A DNA stretch of 64,000 nucleotides, taken from positions 71,365 to 135,364 of the forward strand of contig CAWJYZ010000003.1 of assembly GCA_963847225.1 (NCBI GenBank), written 5' to 3'. Origin of the DNA: an uncultured bacterium (GTDB lineage Bacteria; Chloroflexota; Dormibacteria; Aeolococcales; Aeolococcaceae). The position numbers and the translations under genes are program-made. The notes under the pieces are model-generated. The model had not been told where the DNA came from. It saw only the letters and a program-made list of their open reading frames with translations, and ran no database searches. Positions within the stretch are counted from its first letter, which is position 1, and every line of letters begins with the position of its first letter. Shown here piece after piece: positions 55,539-64,000 of the stretch.

Positions 55539-56518
55539 GGTGTCCTTCCCGCCCTGGCGGGGGCCGCCGTCTCCACCGCCTCCGGCGCCTGGCCGTCGAC
55601 CTCCTCCATGGCGGCGCGATAGGAGAGGTAGAGCTCCTCGAGGCTCGGCTCCTGCAGATGGACGTCGAGGAGGCGGGCCCGGTGGGGCGTGGAGAGGAGC
55701 TCGCCCAGGCGCCTCTCCGCCTCCTCGCGGGGGAGCCGCCAGCGCAGGCGGTGAACCCCGTCGGCGGCGGGCCCCACCGGCGTACCCGGATGGCCGAGAA
55801 GGCGCGCTTCGCCGCGGTAGCGGACCTCGAGCCAGACCCCGCTGCCCTGGTCCCGGCGCAGGGCGGCGGGGGATCCGGAGGCGAAGACCCGGCCCCGATG
55901 GAGGATGAGCACCCGGTCGAGCACCGCCTCCGCCTCCAACACGTTGTGAGAGACGAGGAGGACGAGGCGGCCCGGCTGGCGCAGCTCGCCGACCAGGTCC
56001 CACACCCGGCGGCGCATCAGCGGGTCGAGCTCGTTGCTGGGCTCGTCGAGGCACATGAGCGGGGTCGGTGCCACCACGGCCACCGCGATGGTGACGAGGC
56101 GGTGCTCGCCACCCGAGAGGCGGGCGACGAGGCGGTCTCGGAATGGGAGGAGCCCGAGGGCTTCGAGCAGGCCGAGGGCCCGGGCGCGCGCCTCGCGCGG
56201 CGGCTGCCCGCGCAGCACCGCGGTGGTCCAGACGGCCTCGAAGACGGTGAGGTCGAGGAGGGCGAGGGGGTGCTGCGGGAGGTAGGCGACCTGGCGGCGG
56301 AGCCAGCCGGCGCCGGGGGTGATCTGGCGTCCCCGGAGCTCGAGGCGGCCGGAGGTCGGCCGCATCAAGCCGACCACCTGGCGGAGGAGGGTGGACTTGC
56401 CGGCGCCATTGGGGCCGAGGATGCCCACCACCTGCCCCGCCTCCAGGTCGACGGTGATGCCGTCGTTGGCCCGCACGCGTCCGCCGAAGATCTTGGTCAG
56501 CTCCTCGACCCGGAGCAT
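55535..56518 (-). CDS. ABC transporter ATP-binding protein (DrrA-like, with C-terminal accessory domain)
   Basis: 'MLRVEELTKIFGG', Walker A 'GPNGAGKSTLL', signature 'LSGGEHR', Walker B 'LMCLDEPSNELD'. Confidence 0.85.
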   Translation of the reverse strand: MLRVEELTKIFGGRVRANDGITVDLEAGQVVGILGPNGAGKSTLLRQVVGLMRPTSGRLELRGRQITPGAGWLRRQVAYLPQHPLALLDLTVFEAVWTTAVLRGQPPREARARALGLLEALGLLPFRDRLVARLSGGEHRLVTIAVAVVAPTPLMCLDEPSNELDPLMRRRVWDLVGELRQPGRLVLLVSHNVLEAEAVLDRVLILHRGRVFASGSPAALRRDQGSGVWLEVRYRGEARLLGHPGTPVGPAADGVHRLRWRLPREEAERRLGELLSTPHRARLLDVHLQEPSLEELYLSYRAAMEEVDGQAPEAVETAAPARAGRTP

Positions 56519-56584
56519 GGGAGCCTCTGCGAGCCGGGTGAGCGGCGGCGGGGGCGACGGGGCGGAATCCATCCGCCGAGCAGA

Positions 56585-57253
56585 CTACAGGGGAAGGGCC
56601 CGGGGGCCGGGCTCGGCTCCCTCCGCCGGCCGCTGCCCGCGGACCACCACGAAAGCTCCGACGCCGTGACCGGGGCGGCTGGATTGCACCGCGGTCACCT
56701 CCCGGAGCGAGCCGAACACGGTCTGGCGGAAGCGCAGGTCGCAGAAGCCGGCAGCCCGGATCGCCGCGGCAAGCTCGAGGGTGGAGGAGAAGGTCGCCTC
56801 GCGGTAGAAAACGCTCTCCGCCCGGCGGGCCTCGTAGTCGCGCCCGACGGAGCTCTCCCGGTCGATGAAGCCGATGACGAGGTGGCCCTCGGGGCGAAGC
56901 ACGCGGTAGGCCTCGCGCAGCGAGCGAGGCACGTCGTCAAGGAAGCAGATCGTCGTCACCATGAGGACGGTGTCGAAGGTGCCGTCGAGGTAGGGGAGAT
57001 CCTCGGCGACACCGTCCACGGCGTCAACGCCGCGCTCCCGGGCCAGCTTGCGCATGGCCGTCGAGGGGTCGACGCCGGCGCTGATGCCGAGGGGGACGGC
57101 GAAGCGCCCGCTGCCGACGCCGACCTCCAGGGCGCGGCCCGGCGGGAGCATCTCGCGAACCGCCTGGAGCTCCGACATGTAAGCGAGGTCGTGCCGCGAG
57201 AACCAGGCCTCGTAGCGGTCGAGGTGGTCGTTGAACGGTTGGGTCCTGGGCAT
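56585..57253 (-). CDS. Class I SAM-dependent methyltransferase
   Basis: Motif I 'ALEVGVGSGRFAVPLG', 'FDTVLMVTTICFLDD', 'LRPEGHLVIGF'. ATG 57253 with AAGGGAG upstream. Confidence 0.75.
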   Translation of the reverse strand: MPRTQPFNDHLDRYEAWFSRHDLAYMSELQAVREMLPPGRALEVGVGSGRFAVPLGISAGVDPSTAMRKLARERGVDAVDGVAEDLPYLDGTFDTVLMVTTICFLDDVPRSLREAYRVLRPEGHLVIGFIDRESSVGRDYEARRAESVFYREATFSSTLELAAAIRAAGFCDLRFRQTVFGSLREVTAVQSSRPGHGVGAFVVVRGQRPAEGAEPGPRALPL

Positions 57254-57332
57254 GAAATCTCCCTTCACGCCAGATCGCTGCCGGGGGCTGGCCCGGCGGC
57301 GATGATCACGTCACGTTGGTGCCCCAGAGGGA

Positions 57333-58313
57333 TCAGACGAGGACGGGCGCGAGAAGGGAGGGAAGGGCGGCGTCGATCTTCTGGCGGTTGCGCTCGATGA
57401 TCTGAACCACCTCCTCGACCGCCGCCGCGGAGCGGCGGAGCGCGGCCCGGTCAGCGTCGACAAGGTCGACCTCGATCACCTCGAGAAGCCCGCCGGCGCC
57501 GAGGCGAGCCGGGACCCCACTGTAGACTCCGGTGATCCCATACTCGCCCTCCAAGTGGATGCTGCAGGGCAGGATCTGGCGGGTGTCGAGCAGGATGGCG
57601 TCGACCATCTGCGCTACCGCCGCGCTCGGCGCGTAGTAGGCGCTGCCGCTCTTCAGGAGATTGACGATCTCCGCGCCACCGTCGCGGGTCCGCTGGACCA
57701 TCTGCTCCAGGCGTTCCTTGGGAATCAGGACGTCAACGGGGACGCCGGCCACGCTGGTGAGGTGGGTGAGCGGCACCATGGTGTCCCCGTGGCCGCCAAG
57801 GACATAGGCCTCCACGTCGCGCACCGATGCGCCCAGCTCCTGGGCCACGAAGGTGCGGAAGCGGGCGGTGTCGAGGATGCCGGCCATGCCGATGACCCTC
57901 TCCCGCGGGAAGCAGCTCACCTTGAGCGCCACCTGGGCCATGGCGTCAAGTGGGTTGCTGACGACGAGGATCACCGCGTCCGGTGACTGGACGGCGGCCC
58001 GGCGCACCACCTGGGCGACGATTCCCGCGTTGGTCATCACCAGGTCATCGCGTGACATGCCCGGCTTGCGGGCGATGCCGCTGGTCACCACGACGATGTC
58101 GCTGTTGGCTGTCTCAGCGTAGCCGTTGCTCCCCGTGACCAGGCTGTCGTAGCCCACCACCGGCCCCGCCTCCAGGAGATCGAGGGCCTTGCCCTGAGGC
58201 AGGCCCTCGATGATGTCGACGAGGACGATGTCAGCGTAGTCGCGCTCAGCGAGACGCTGGGCGAGGGTGGCGCCGACGTTGCCGGCGCCGATGATGGTGA
58301 TCTTGTGACGCAT
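57333..58313 (-). CDS. mdh: Malate dehydrogenase (LDH-like MDH family)
   Basis: '[18 protein letters not shown]', '[18 protein letters not shown]', '[11 protein letters not shown]'. ORF 57333..58673 is over-extended into gltA antisense sequence. Confidence 0.85.
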   Translation of the reverse strand: MRHKITIIGAGNVGATLAQRLAERDYADIVLVDIIEGLPQGKALDLLEAGPVVGYDSLVTGSNGYAETANSDIVVVTSGIARKPGMSRDDLVMTNAGIVAQVVRRAAVQSPDAVILVVSNPLDAMAQVALKVSCFPRERVIGMAGILDTARFRTFVAQELGASVRDVEAYVLGGHGDTMVPLTHLTSVAGVPVDVLIPKERLEQMVQRTRDGGAEIVNLLKSGSAYYAPSAAVAQMVDAILLDTRQILPCSIHLEGEYGITGVYSGVPARLGAGGLLEVIEVDLVDADRAALRRSAAAVEEVVQIIERNRQKIDAALPSLLAPVLV

Positions 58314-58323
58314 GGTGTTTTCC

Positions 58324-59631
58324 TCAGACCGTCGCCAGGACCTTCGGTTCGATGAGGTGACGCTCCGCCTCTCCGACGTACAGCTGGCGCGGCCGCGAGA
58401 TCTTCTGCTCAGGATCGAGAAGCCCCTCCTGCCACTGGGCCAGCCAACCCGGCGTCCGGCCGATGGCGAAGAGGACCGGGAACATGGTGACGGGGAAGCC
58501 CATCGCCTGGTAGATGATCCCGGAGTAGAAGTCGACGTTCGGGTACAGCTTGTGGCGGATGAAGTACTCGTCCTCGAGGGCGATCTTCTCCAGCTCGAGC
58601 GCGATGTCCAGGAGCGGGTTGCGACCGGTGACGGTGAAGACCTCGTCGGCGATCCGCTTGATGATCTTGGCACGAGGATCGAAATTCTTGTAGACGCGGT
58701 GGCCGAAGCCCATCAGCCGGAACTCGCCCTGCTTCACCCGGGTGATGTAGTCGGGGACGTTGTCGACCGAGCCGATCGCCTTCAGCATGTTGAGAACCTG
58801 CTCGTTGGCACCGCCGTGCAGCGGACCGTAGAGAGCTGCTGTCGCCGCCGCCGCCGCCGAGTAGGCATCGGCGTGGGAGCTCCCCACCGTGCGCATGGTG
58901 TGCGTGGAGCAGTTCTGCTCGTGGTCGGCATGGAGGATAAAGAGCACGTCCAGAGCGTGCTCCAGGACCGGGTTGGGCCGGTACTTGAGCTCCGTCGCCT
59001 TCCACATCATGTTGAGGAAGTTGCCCGGATAGGAAAGGTCGTCATCGGGGTAGGCGTAAGGGAGGCCCATGGCGTGGCGGTAGGCGAAGGCGGCGAGGGT
59101 GGGCATCTTGGCGATGAGGCGCACGCTCTCGAGGTGGCGAACCTCGGCGTCGAGGAACTGCTTCGCCTCCGGATAGAAGGTGGAGAGGGCGGCCACGGTG
59201 CTGACCAGGATGCCCATGGGGTGGGCGTCGTGGTGGAAGCCGTCGATGAACTTCTTGACGTTCTCGTGGATGAAGGTGTGGTTGGTGATCTCGTCGACCC
59301 ACGCCTTGCGCTGCGCCTCATCGGGGAGCTCGCCGTGCACCACGAGGTAGGCGACCTCGAGGAAGCTGCTCCTCTCGGCCAGCTCCTCGATGGGGTAGCC
59401 GCGGTAGCGGAGGATGCCGCGGTCACCGTCGATGAAGGTGATGCTGCTCTGGCAGCTCGCGGTGTTGAGGAAGCCCGGGTCATAGGAGAGGAGACCGGGC
59501 TCCTCCGGGTCGGTTTTGATCTGGCTCAGATCGCTGGCGCGAAGGCTGCCCTTGCTGATGGGCAGCTCGTAGACCTTGCCGGTCCGGCTGTCGGTGACGC
59601 TCAGGAAGCCCTCGCCATTGGCTGTGTCCAT
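58324..59631 (-). CDS. gltA: Citrate synthase
   Basis: '[14 protein letters not shown]', '[14 protein letters not shown]', '[15 protein letters not shown]'. ATG 59631; the ORF opens at 59919. Confidence 0.9.
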   Translation of the reverse strand: MDTANGEGFLSVTDSRTGKVYELPISKGSLRASDLSQIKTDPEEPGLLSYDPGFLNTASCQSSITFIDGDRGILRYRGYPIEELAERSSFLEVAYLVVHGELPDEAQRKAWVDEITNHTFIHENVKKFIDGFHHDAHPMGILVSTVAALSTFYPEAKQFLDAEVRHLESVRLIAKMPTLAAFAYRHAMGLPYAYPDDDLSYPGNFLNMMWKATELKYRPNPVLEHALDVLFILHADHEQNCSTHTMRTVGSSHADAYSAAAAATAALYGPLHGGANEQVLNMLKAIGSVDNVPDYITRVKQGEFRLMGFGHRVYKNFDPRAKIIKRIADEVFTVTGRNPLLDIALELEKIALEDEYFIRHKLYPNVDFYSGIIYQAMGFPVTMFPVLFAIGRTPGWLAQWQEGLLDPEQKISRPRQLYVGEAERHLIEPKVLATV

Positions 59632-59882
59632 AGGGAACACCTCACCTCCACCGGCCCAGGCGGCCGGCCACCTCGCGCCACGCGCCGATGGGTCCATCAA
59701 GCACTCCCCGGGGGCCCCGAACAAGGGCCGTTGGGCATCAGCGGAGAGGACCTTTGGGGGGGGTCGGCGCTGCCCCTGGCTTGGTCCGTAAGGTACGCGA
59801 GGAAGCCCTACGCGCTGAGAGCCGTGGCGCCCCGGGCCCGGCCCTGCCTGGGGGCCGAGCCGAGGCGTGAAGGAGAGCCTCG

Positions 59883-62033
59883 ATGAACCGACTGGCCGGC
59901 ATCCTGGGCCGCCACCCATGGCGCGCCGTCGCCGCGGCCGCCCTCCTCACGCTCTTCGGCTTCGCCCTCTCCGGTGCGGTGTCCAGCCGGCTCACCAATT
60001 CCATCTCCGACTACAACGACCCCTCCTCGCCGAGCTCGCAGGCCCGGGTGGAGGTCCAGCGCGCCACCGGGGTGGACATCGAGGAGGGGTACACGCTGCT
60101 GGTCTCGGTGCCGAGCCCGGCGAGCCCCGCCGAGGCGGCCCCGGCGCGAGTCACCGCCGCCGTCCGCCTCCTGCACAGCCGGCCGGAGGTGGTGCAGGTG
60201 ACTGACGCTTGGTCTGCCCACCTTCCCAGCCTCATCTCGCGGGACGGCCGCACGGCGGTGGTGGATGCCAGCCTCCACCCCGTCGACGAGAAGCGCGTGG
60301 TCGATGCTCTGGAGGCCGACATCAACAAGGACCCACTGCTCCGCGGTCATGTGCTCCTGGGCGGGTCGACGGCTCTTGACGTCCAGGCCACGACGCAGAG
60401 CTCCAAGGATCTGACCTTCGCCGAGACCATCGCGCTGCCGATCCTCCTGGTCCTGTTGCTCCTCATCTTCCGCGGCGTGGTGGCGGCGCTCCTCCCCCTC
60501 GCCGGGGCGCTGGTCAGCATCGGCCTCACCACCCTGCTCCTGCTCGCCGCGGCGAGCGCCACCCATGTCTCGGTCTACGCCCTCAATCTGGTGTACGCGT
60601 TGGGGATCGGGCTGTCCATCGATTTCAATCTCCTGATCGTCTCCCGCTACCGCGAGGAGGTGGACCGGCGGGGCCCAGGGATGGCGGCGCTCGAGCGGAC
60701 CGTCTCCAGCGCGGGGCGCACCGTGCTGTTCAGCGCCGCCACCGTGACCGCAGCCCTGGGGGCGCTGCTGCTGTTCCCCATCCCCGCCATCTCGTCGATG
60801 GGCCTGGCGGGGATGCTCGTCACCATCTGCTCCGCCGCCAACGCGGTGCTCATCCTTCCCGCTGTGCTCTCGCTCCTCGGAACCCGGGTGGACGCGCTGC
60901 GGCTTCTCCACCACCGCCGCCACGCAGCCAGCGACCCCTCCCGGGGCTTCTGGATTCGCCTCTCAAGACTGGTGATGCGCGGACCTCTGTTGGTGGCCGT
61001 GCTCACCGCCGCCGCCCTGCTGGCGGCGGGCTCGCTCTCCTTCGGCGTGACCCTCTCCGGCTACAGCACCAAGGAGCTCCCGGCGAGCCTTGCCGGAACC
61101 CAGGTTGCCACCCAGCTCGCCACCGACTTCCGCGGCCTTTCGGCGAGCCCCCTGCAGTTGGTGATCAGCGGGGGAAGCGCGGCCCAACCCGCGGTGCGCG
61201 CCTACGCGGCCGCAGTGGCTCGGGTGCCCGGCGTGGAATCGGTGGTCCCACCCGTCCGGGTCGGCTCCGACCTCTGGGAGGTGGACGCCAGCCTGCGCGG
61301 GCAGGCGCTCTCCCCGGGGGCGCTGGCCAGCCTCAGCCGGGTGCGCGCCATCCCGACGCTCCTCACGGTGCACGCCACGGGTTACACGGCAGCCTTCGCC
61401 GACGAGGAGTCGAGCCTCGGTGCGCACCTTCCCGCGGCGGCGGGGATGCTCATCATCACCACGCTGCTCGTGCTCTTCGCCATGACCGGTTCGGTCGTGC
61501 TGCCCGTCAAGGCGCTGGTGATGAACGCCCTCACGCTGTCCGCCACCCTGGGACTGCTGGTGCTGGTCTTCCAGGGCGGCTTCCTCTCCGGTCTCCTGGG
61601 CTTCACGCCGCCGGGCGGGATCGACATCGAGACGCCCGTGCTGGTCGGCTCCCTCGCCTTTGGGCTCTCCACCGACTACGGGGTCTTCCTGCTCAGCCGG
61701 ATCCGCGAGGAGCACCTCGCGGGACTTCCGACCCGCGACGCCGTGGCGTTGGGGCTGCAGCGCGTGGGCCGGGTTGTCACCGCGGCGGCGGCGCTGTTCT
61801 GCATCGCGGTGGGGGCCCTCGCGCTCTCCACCACGGTGGTGCTCAAGGAGATCGGGCTGGGAGCGGGACTGGCGGTGCTCATTGACGCGTCGATCGTGCG
61901 GGCGCTCTTGGTGCCGTCCGTGATGGCCCTGCTGGGCCGCTGGAACTGGTGGGCTCCGCGCTGGCTGGCGGCTTTCCACCGCCGCCTCCGGATCGATGGT
62001 TTCGAGAGCGGGCGGGAGTCGGTGGCCGCCTGA
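59883..62033 (+). CDS. MMPL-family (RND superfamily) membrane transporter
   Basis: Two homologous halves with 'LGIGLSIDFNLLIVSRYREE' and 'FGLSTDYGVFLLSRIREE'. About 12 TM segments. Confidence 0.85.
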   Translation: MNRLAGILGRHPWRAVAAAALLTLFGFALSGAVSSRLTNSISDYNDPSSPSSQARVEVQRATGVDIEEGYTLLVSVPSPASPAEAAPARVTAAVRLLHSRPEVVQVTDAWSAHLPSLISRDGRTAVVDASLHPVDEKRVVDALEADINKDPLLRGHVLLGGSTALDVQATTQSSKDLTFAETIALPILLVLLLLIFRGVVAALLPLAGALVSIGLTTLLLLAAASATHVSVYALNLVYALGIGLSIDFNLLIVSRYREEVDRRGPGMAALERTVSSAGRTVLFSAATVTAALGALLLFPIPAISSMGLAGMLVTICSAANAVLILPAVLSLLGTRVDALRLLHHRRHAASDPSRGFWIRLSRLVMRGPLLVAVLTAAALLAAGSLSFGVTLSGYSTKELPASLAGTQVATQLATDFRGLSASPLQLVISGGSAAQPAVRAYAAAVARVPGVESVVPPVRVGSDLWEVDASLRGQALSPGALASLSRVRAIPTLLTVHATGYTAAFADEESSLGAHLPAAAGMLIITTLLVLFAMTGSVVLPVKALVMNALTLSATLGLLVLVFQGGFLSGLLGFTPPGGIDIETPVLVGSLAFGLSTDYGVFLLSRIREEHLAGLPTRDAVALGLQRVGRVVTAAAALFCIAVGALALSTTVVLKEIGLGAGLAVLIDASIVRALLVPSVMALLGRWNWWAPRWLAAFHRRLRIDGFESGRESVAA

Positions 62034-62143
62034 ACCGGGCCGGGGCCAGAGCGAAGGCGCCCTGGGTCGAGCAAGCACGCCGGCGCGGAACGCATCCCAA
62101 CCCACTCCTCCGCAGGATGGGACGCGCCCACGCCGGGCGGCGA

Positions 62144-63673
62144 TCAGGCGGCCTCGACAACCTCCGGCATGGCCACAGCGGGCTCCAGCTCGCGCACCCA
62201 CTGGGGCACGTCGGCCACCGCAGCGGTGGCGCGGGCGGTCGCGCGCCGCCCGCGAATCGCCACCGCCAGGATCAGCACCGTCGCCCCGACGAAGAGGGTG
62301 GAGGCGATGAAGGCGTGGTCCGCACCGACGACGAACGCGGCGCGTGCGGCCGCCGCCGACTGCCCGGCCACCACGCGGCCCACCGATCCGAACACCGACA
62401 CCAGCACCGCCAGGCCGAGCGCGCCACCCATCTGCTGCATCACGTTGACCAGCCCAGACGCCGCGCCGGCGTCCTCCTGGCGCACGCCCGCCAGGGACGC
62501 GCTCGTCAGGGGCACGAACGCGAGCCCGTTGCCGGTCCCGAACAGGAGCACAGGGATGAGGACGAAGGCATAGGTGCTCGACGCCGACAGCTGCGTCATC
62601 AGGAGCATGGCGAGGGTTGAGAGGCTGAAGCCCACCACCATCAGCGACTTGCCGCCGAACCGCTCGACCAGCCGCCGCGCGCTGAGCTGAGACATCGCGA
62701 AGAGCGCCGCGCTGAAGGGCAGGAAGGCGAGACCGGCCTGGAGCGGGCCGTAGCCGAGCACGTCCTGGAGGAACTGGGTGAGAAAGAAGAACATCCCGAA
62801 CATGCCGGCCACGAGGAACAGCCGCCCCACGTACGAGGCGTTGCGGCTGCGGTCGGCGAACAGTCGCAGCGGTGTGATCGGCTCCGCGGCGCGCCTCTCG
62901 AGTGTCACGAACAGGCCGAGCAGCACCACGCCCACCGCGAAGGCGCCGATGGTCAGCACGTCGCCCCAGCCGTCGCTCGCCGCCCGCACGAACCCGTAGG
63001 CCAGAGAGGCGACCCCGCCGGTCGAGGTCACCGCGCCCAGCAGGTCGAAGTGGCCGTTGCGGCTCGGCGTCTCCGTGAGCGACCGCCGCGCCAGGGCGAC
63101 CACGACCAGGCCGATCGGCACGTTGACGAACAGCACAAAGCGCCAGGAGGCAACCTGGGTCAGGAGCCCACCGAGGATCAGCCCGACCGCGCTGCCGCCG
63201 ATCGAGACGGCGGCGTAGTAACCGAGCGCTCTCAGGCGCTCGCGGCCCTCGGGGAACATGATCATGAGGAAGGCCAGCGCCGAGGGTGCGGCGAGCGCTC
63301 CACCCACGCCCTGCAGCGCCCGCGCCGCGAGCAAGAGGCCGGCGTTGGGAGCCAGCCCGCCGAGGAGCGAGGCGAGGGTGAAGAGGCCGATGCCCGCCAT
63401 GAAGACGCGCTTGCGGCCGAGCAGGTCGCCGGCGCGCGCGCCGAGCAGGAGGAAGCCCCCGAAGGCCAGGGTGTAGGCGGTGATCACCCACGACAGGCTG
63501 GCCGGCGAGAATTTCAGTGCGCTGGCGATGTCGGGGAGGGCGATGTTCACGATGGTGGCGTCGAGCACCACCATCAGCTGCACGGCCAGGATGATCCCCA
63601 GCACCAGCCCGGGGCGGGCACGGCGCTGGGTCGCCCGGCCGGTCGGGCGGGGGAGGGTCGCGGTGGGTGGCAT
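62144..63673 (-). CDS. MFS transporter, DHA2 (EmrB/QacA, 14-TMS) type
   Basis: ATG 63673. 'LMVVLDATIVNIALPDI' and motif A 'GARAGDLLGRKRVFMAG'. ORF 62144..63982 is over-extended across the intergenic region. Confidence 0.85.
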   Translation of the reverse strand: MPPTATLPRPTGRATQRRARPGLVLGIILAVQLMVVLDATIVNIALPDIASALKFSPASLSWVITAYTLAFGGFLLLGARAGDLLGRKRVFMAGIGLFTLASLLGGLAPNAGLLLAARALQGVGGALAAPSALAFLMIMFPEGRERLRALGYYAAVSIGGSAVGLILGGLLTQVASWRFVLFVNVPIGLVVVALARRSLTETPSRNGHFDLLGAVTSTGGVASLAYGFVRAASDGWGDVLTIGAFAVGVVLLGLFVTLERRAAEPITPLRLFADRSRNASYVGRLFLVAGMFGMFFFLTQFLQDVLGYGPLQAGLAFLPFSAALFAMSQLSARRLVERFGGKSLMVVGFSLSTLAMLLMTQLSASSTYAFVLIPVLLFGTGNGLAFVPLTSASLAGVRQEDAGAASGLVNVMQQMGGALGLAVLVSVFGSVGRVVAGQSAAAARAAFVVGADHAFIASTLFVGATVLILAVAIRGRRATARATAAVADVPQWVRELEPAVAMPEVVEAA

Positions 63674-63700
63674 GTGGGCTCTCCAGGTGGTACGATGACG

Positions 63701-63744
63701 AAACGGAAGCTTCCTCCGGTAGTATACGGAGGATTCCTCCGTTT
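63701..63744. promoter_or_regulatory. Candidate TetR operator(s) in the MFS/TetR divergent intergenic region
   Basis: GGAAGCTTCC (63705-63714) is a perfect palindrome. CGGAGGA-T-TCCTCCG (63727-63741) is a perfect 7-bp inverted repeat. The whole 44-bp stretch is an imperfect dyad: arms AAACGGAAGCTTCCTCCG and CGGAGGATTCCTCCGTTT, 15/18. Confidence 0.5.
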
Positions 63745-63772
63745 TGCAAGTCAGGATACAGGTGCCCCAGTC

Positions 63773-64000
63773 GTGAGACGTGAAGTCGCAGCGGCAGACC
63801 CCGGGGTGGTCGAGGCCGCCGACCCCCCATCCACAGGCCGCCCCCTCCGCGCCGACGCGGTGCGCAACCGCGAGCTCCTGATCACTACCGCCGCAGCCGC
63901 CTTCTCCGCTCAGGGCGCCGAGGTTCCCCTCGAGGACCTCGCCCGCCAGGCCGGTGTCGGCATCGGCACCCTCTACCGGCACTTCCCCACACGCGACTCA
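63773..64000 (+). CDS. TetR-family transcriptional regulator, 3' end cut by window edge
   Basis: Open frame to the window end: '...GRPLRADAVRNRELLITTAAAAFSAQGAEVPLEDLARQAGVGIGTLYRHFPTRD' (TetR_N HTH). GTG 63773 is a tentative start. This ORF is not in the ORF track. Confidence 0.75.
   Translation, partial: MRREVAAADPGVVEAADPPSTGRPLRADAVRNRELLITTAAAAFSAQGAEVPLEDLARQAGVGIGTLYRHFPTRDS

Noticed and set aside
57269-57332. GC-rich hairpins after several convergent gene ends as intrinsic terminators: GCCGGG-GGCTGG-CCCGGC here, CCGGG-N7-CCCGG near 14480, and CCGGC-N8-GCCGG near 49410
   Set aside because: The stems are short (5-6 bp) and have no following T/U tract on the relevant strand. Only the 10-bp hairpin at 42017..42039 was kept.
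57333-59919. N-terminal extensions of the ORF-track entries for mdh (to 58673) and gltA (to 59919). Similar extensions: 54762..56054, 62144..63982, 16749..19655, 1595..2680 and 20097..20918.
   Set aside because: The extensions are low-complexity, overlap neighbouring genes or promoters, have poor GC3, and precede canonical N-termini that have good RBS spacing. Internal starts were used instead.
60963-63830. 955-aa minus-strand ORF spanning the MMPL 3' half, the intergenic region and the MFS gene in another frame
   Set aside because: It is R/P/G-rich with no domain. It overlaps two genes that have clear transporter signatures and crosses a convergent intergenic region.

Overview
High-GC bacterial chromosomal segment. 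Gene content suggests an actinobacterial-like or other terrabacterial monoderm: a CysQ resembling mycobacterial CysQ, MMPL, a DHA2-MFS/TetR pair, and a Gram-positive-style type IV pilus operon. I saw no rRNA, tRNA or CRISPR array. About 55 protein genes are supportable. Many ORF-track entries are long antisense or N-terminally over-extended artefacts of the high GC, so I re-picked several starts from RBS position, paralog N-termini and GC3.

Main themes:
1. PAPS sulfation genes run through the window (about 1.6-40.3 kb). There are four sulfotransferases in two sequence classes, a bifunctional APS-kinase/ATP-sulfurylase (PAPS synthase), CysQ, a TauE/SafE exporter and an Rrf2 regulator.
2. Two of the sulfotransferases sit in duplicated pairs with a branch-1 histidine phosphatase, and one pair is translationally coupled. 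I know of no described pathway for this pairing.
3. A Wzx/Wzy-style polysaccharide locus (25.4-40.3 kb) has an embedded sulfotransferase and its own PAPS synthase, which suggests a sulfated surface glycan.
4. A family of four secreted phosphoesterase paralogs is present. One is fused to an unassigned ~320-aa secreted domain that also occurs alone, and one is disrupted by three homopolymer frameshifts.
5. Two adjacent adhesin-like genes share a 1,210-bp near-identical C-terminal cassette made of a three-fold repeat module.
6. A decay zone (19.5-23.2 kb) holds a gene remnant, a 23-bp-period tandem array and a truncated IS transposase.
7. A type IV pilus operon (pilB-pilC-pilins, plus pilT) lies next to an orphan N-terminal fragment of a prepilin peptidase.
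8. A stand-alone ABC-ATPase + Toprim/DUF4435-like protein (OLD family or fused-PARIS-like) is a candidate defence gene.
9. The remainder is housekeeping and transport: gltA-mdh, an ABC-2 exporter, MMPL, and MFS/TetR.

All family assignments come from motifs read by eye. No database search was run.
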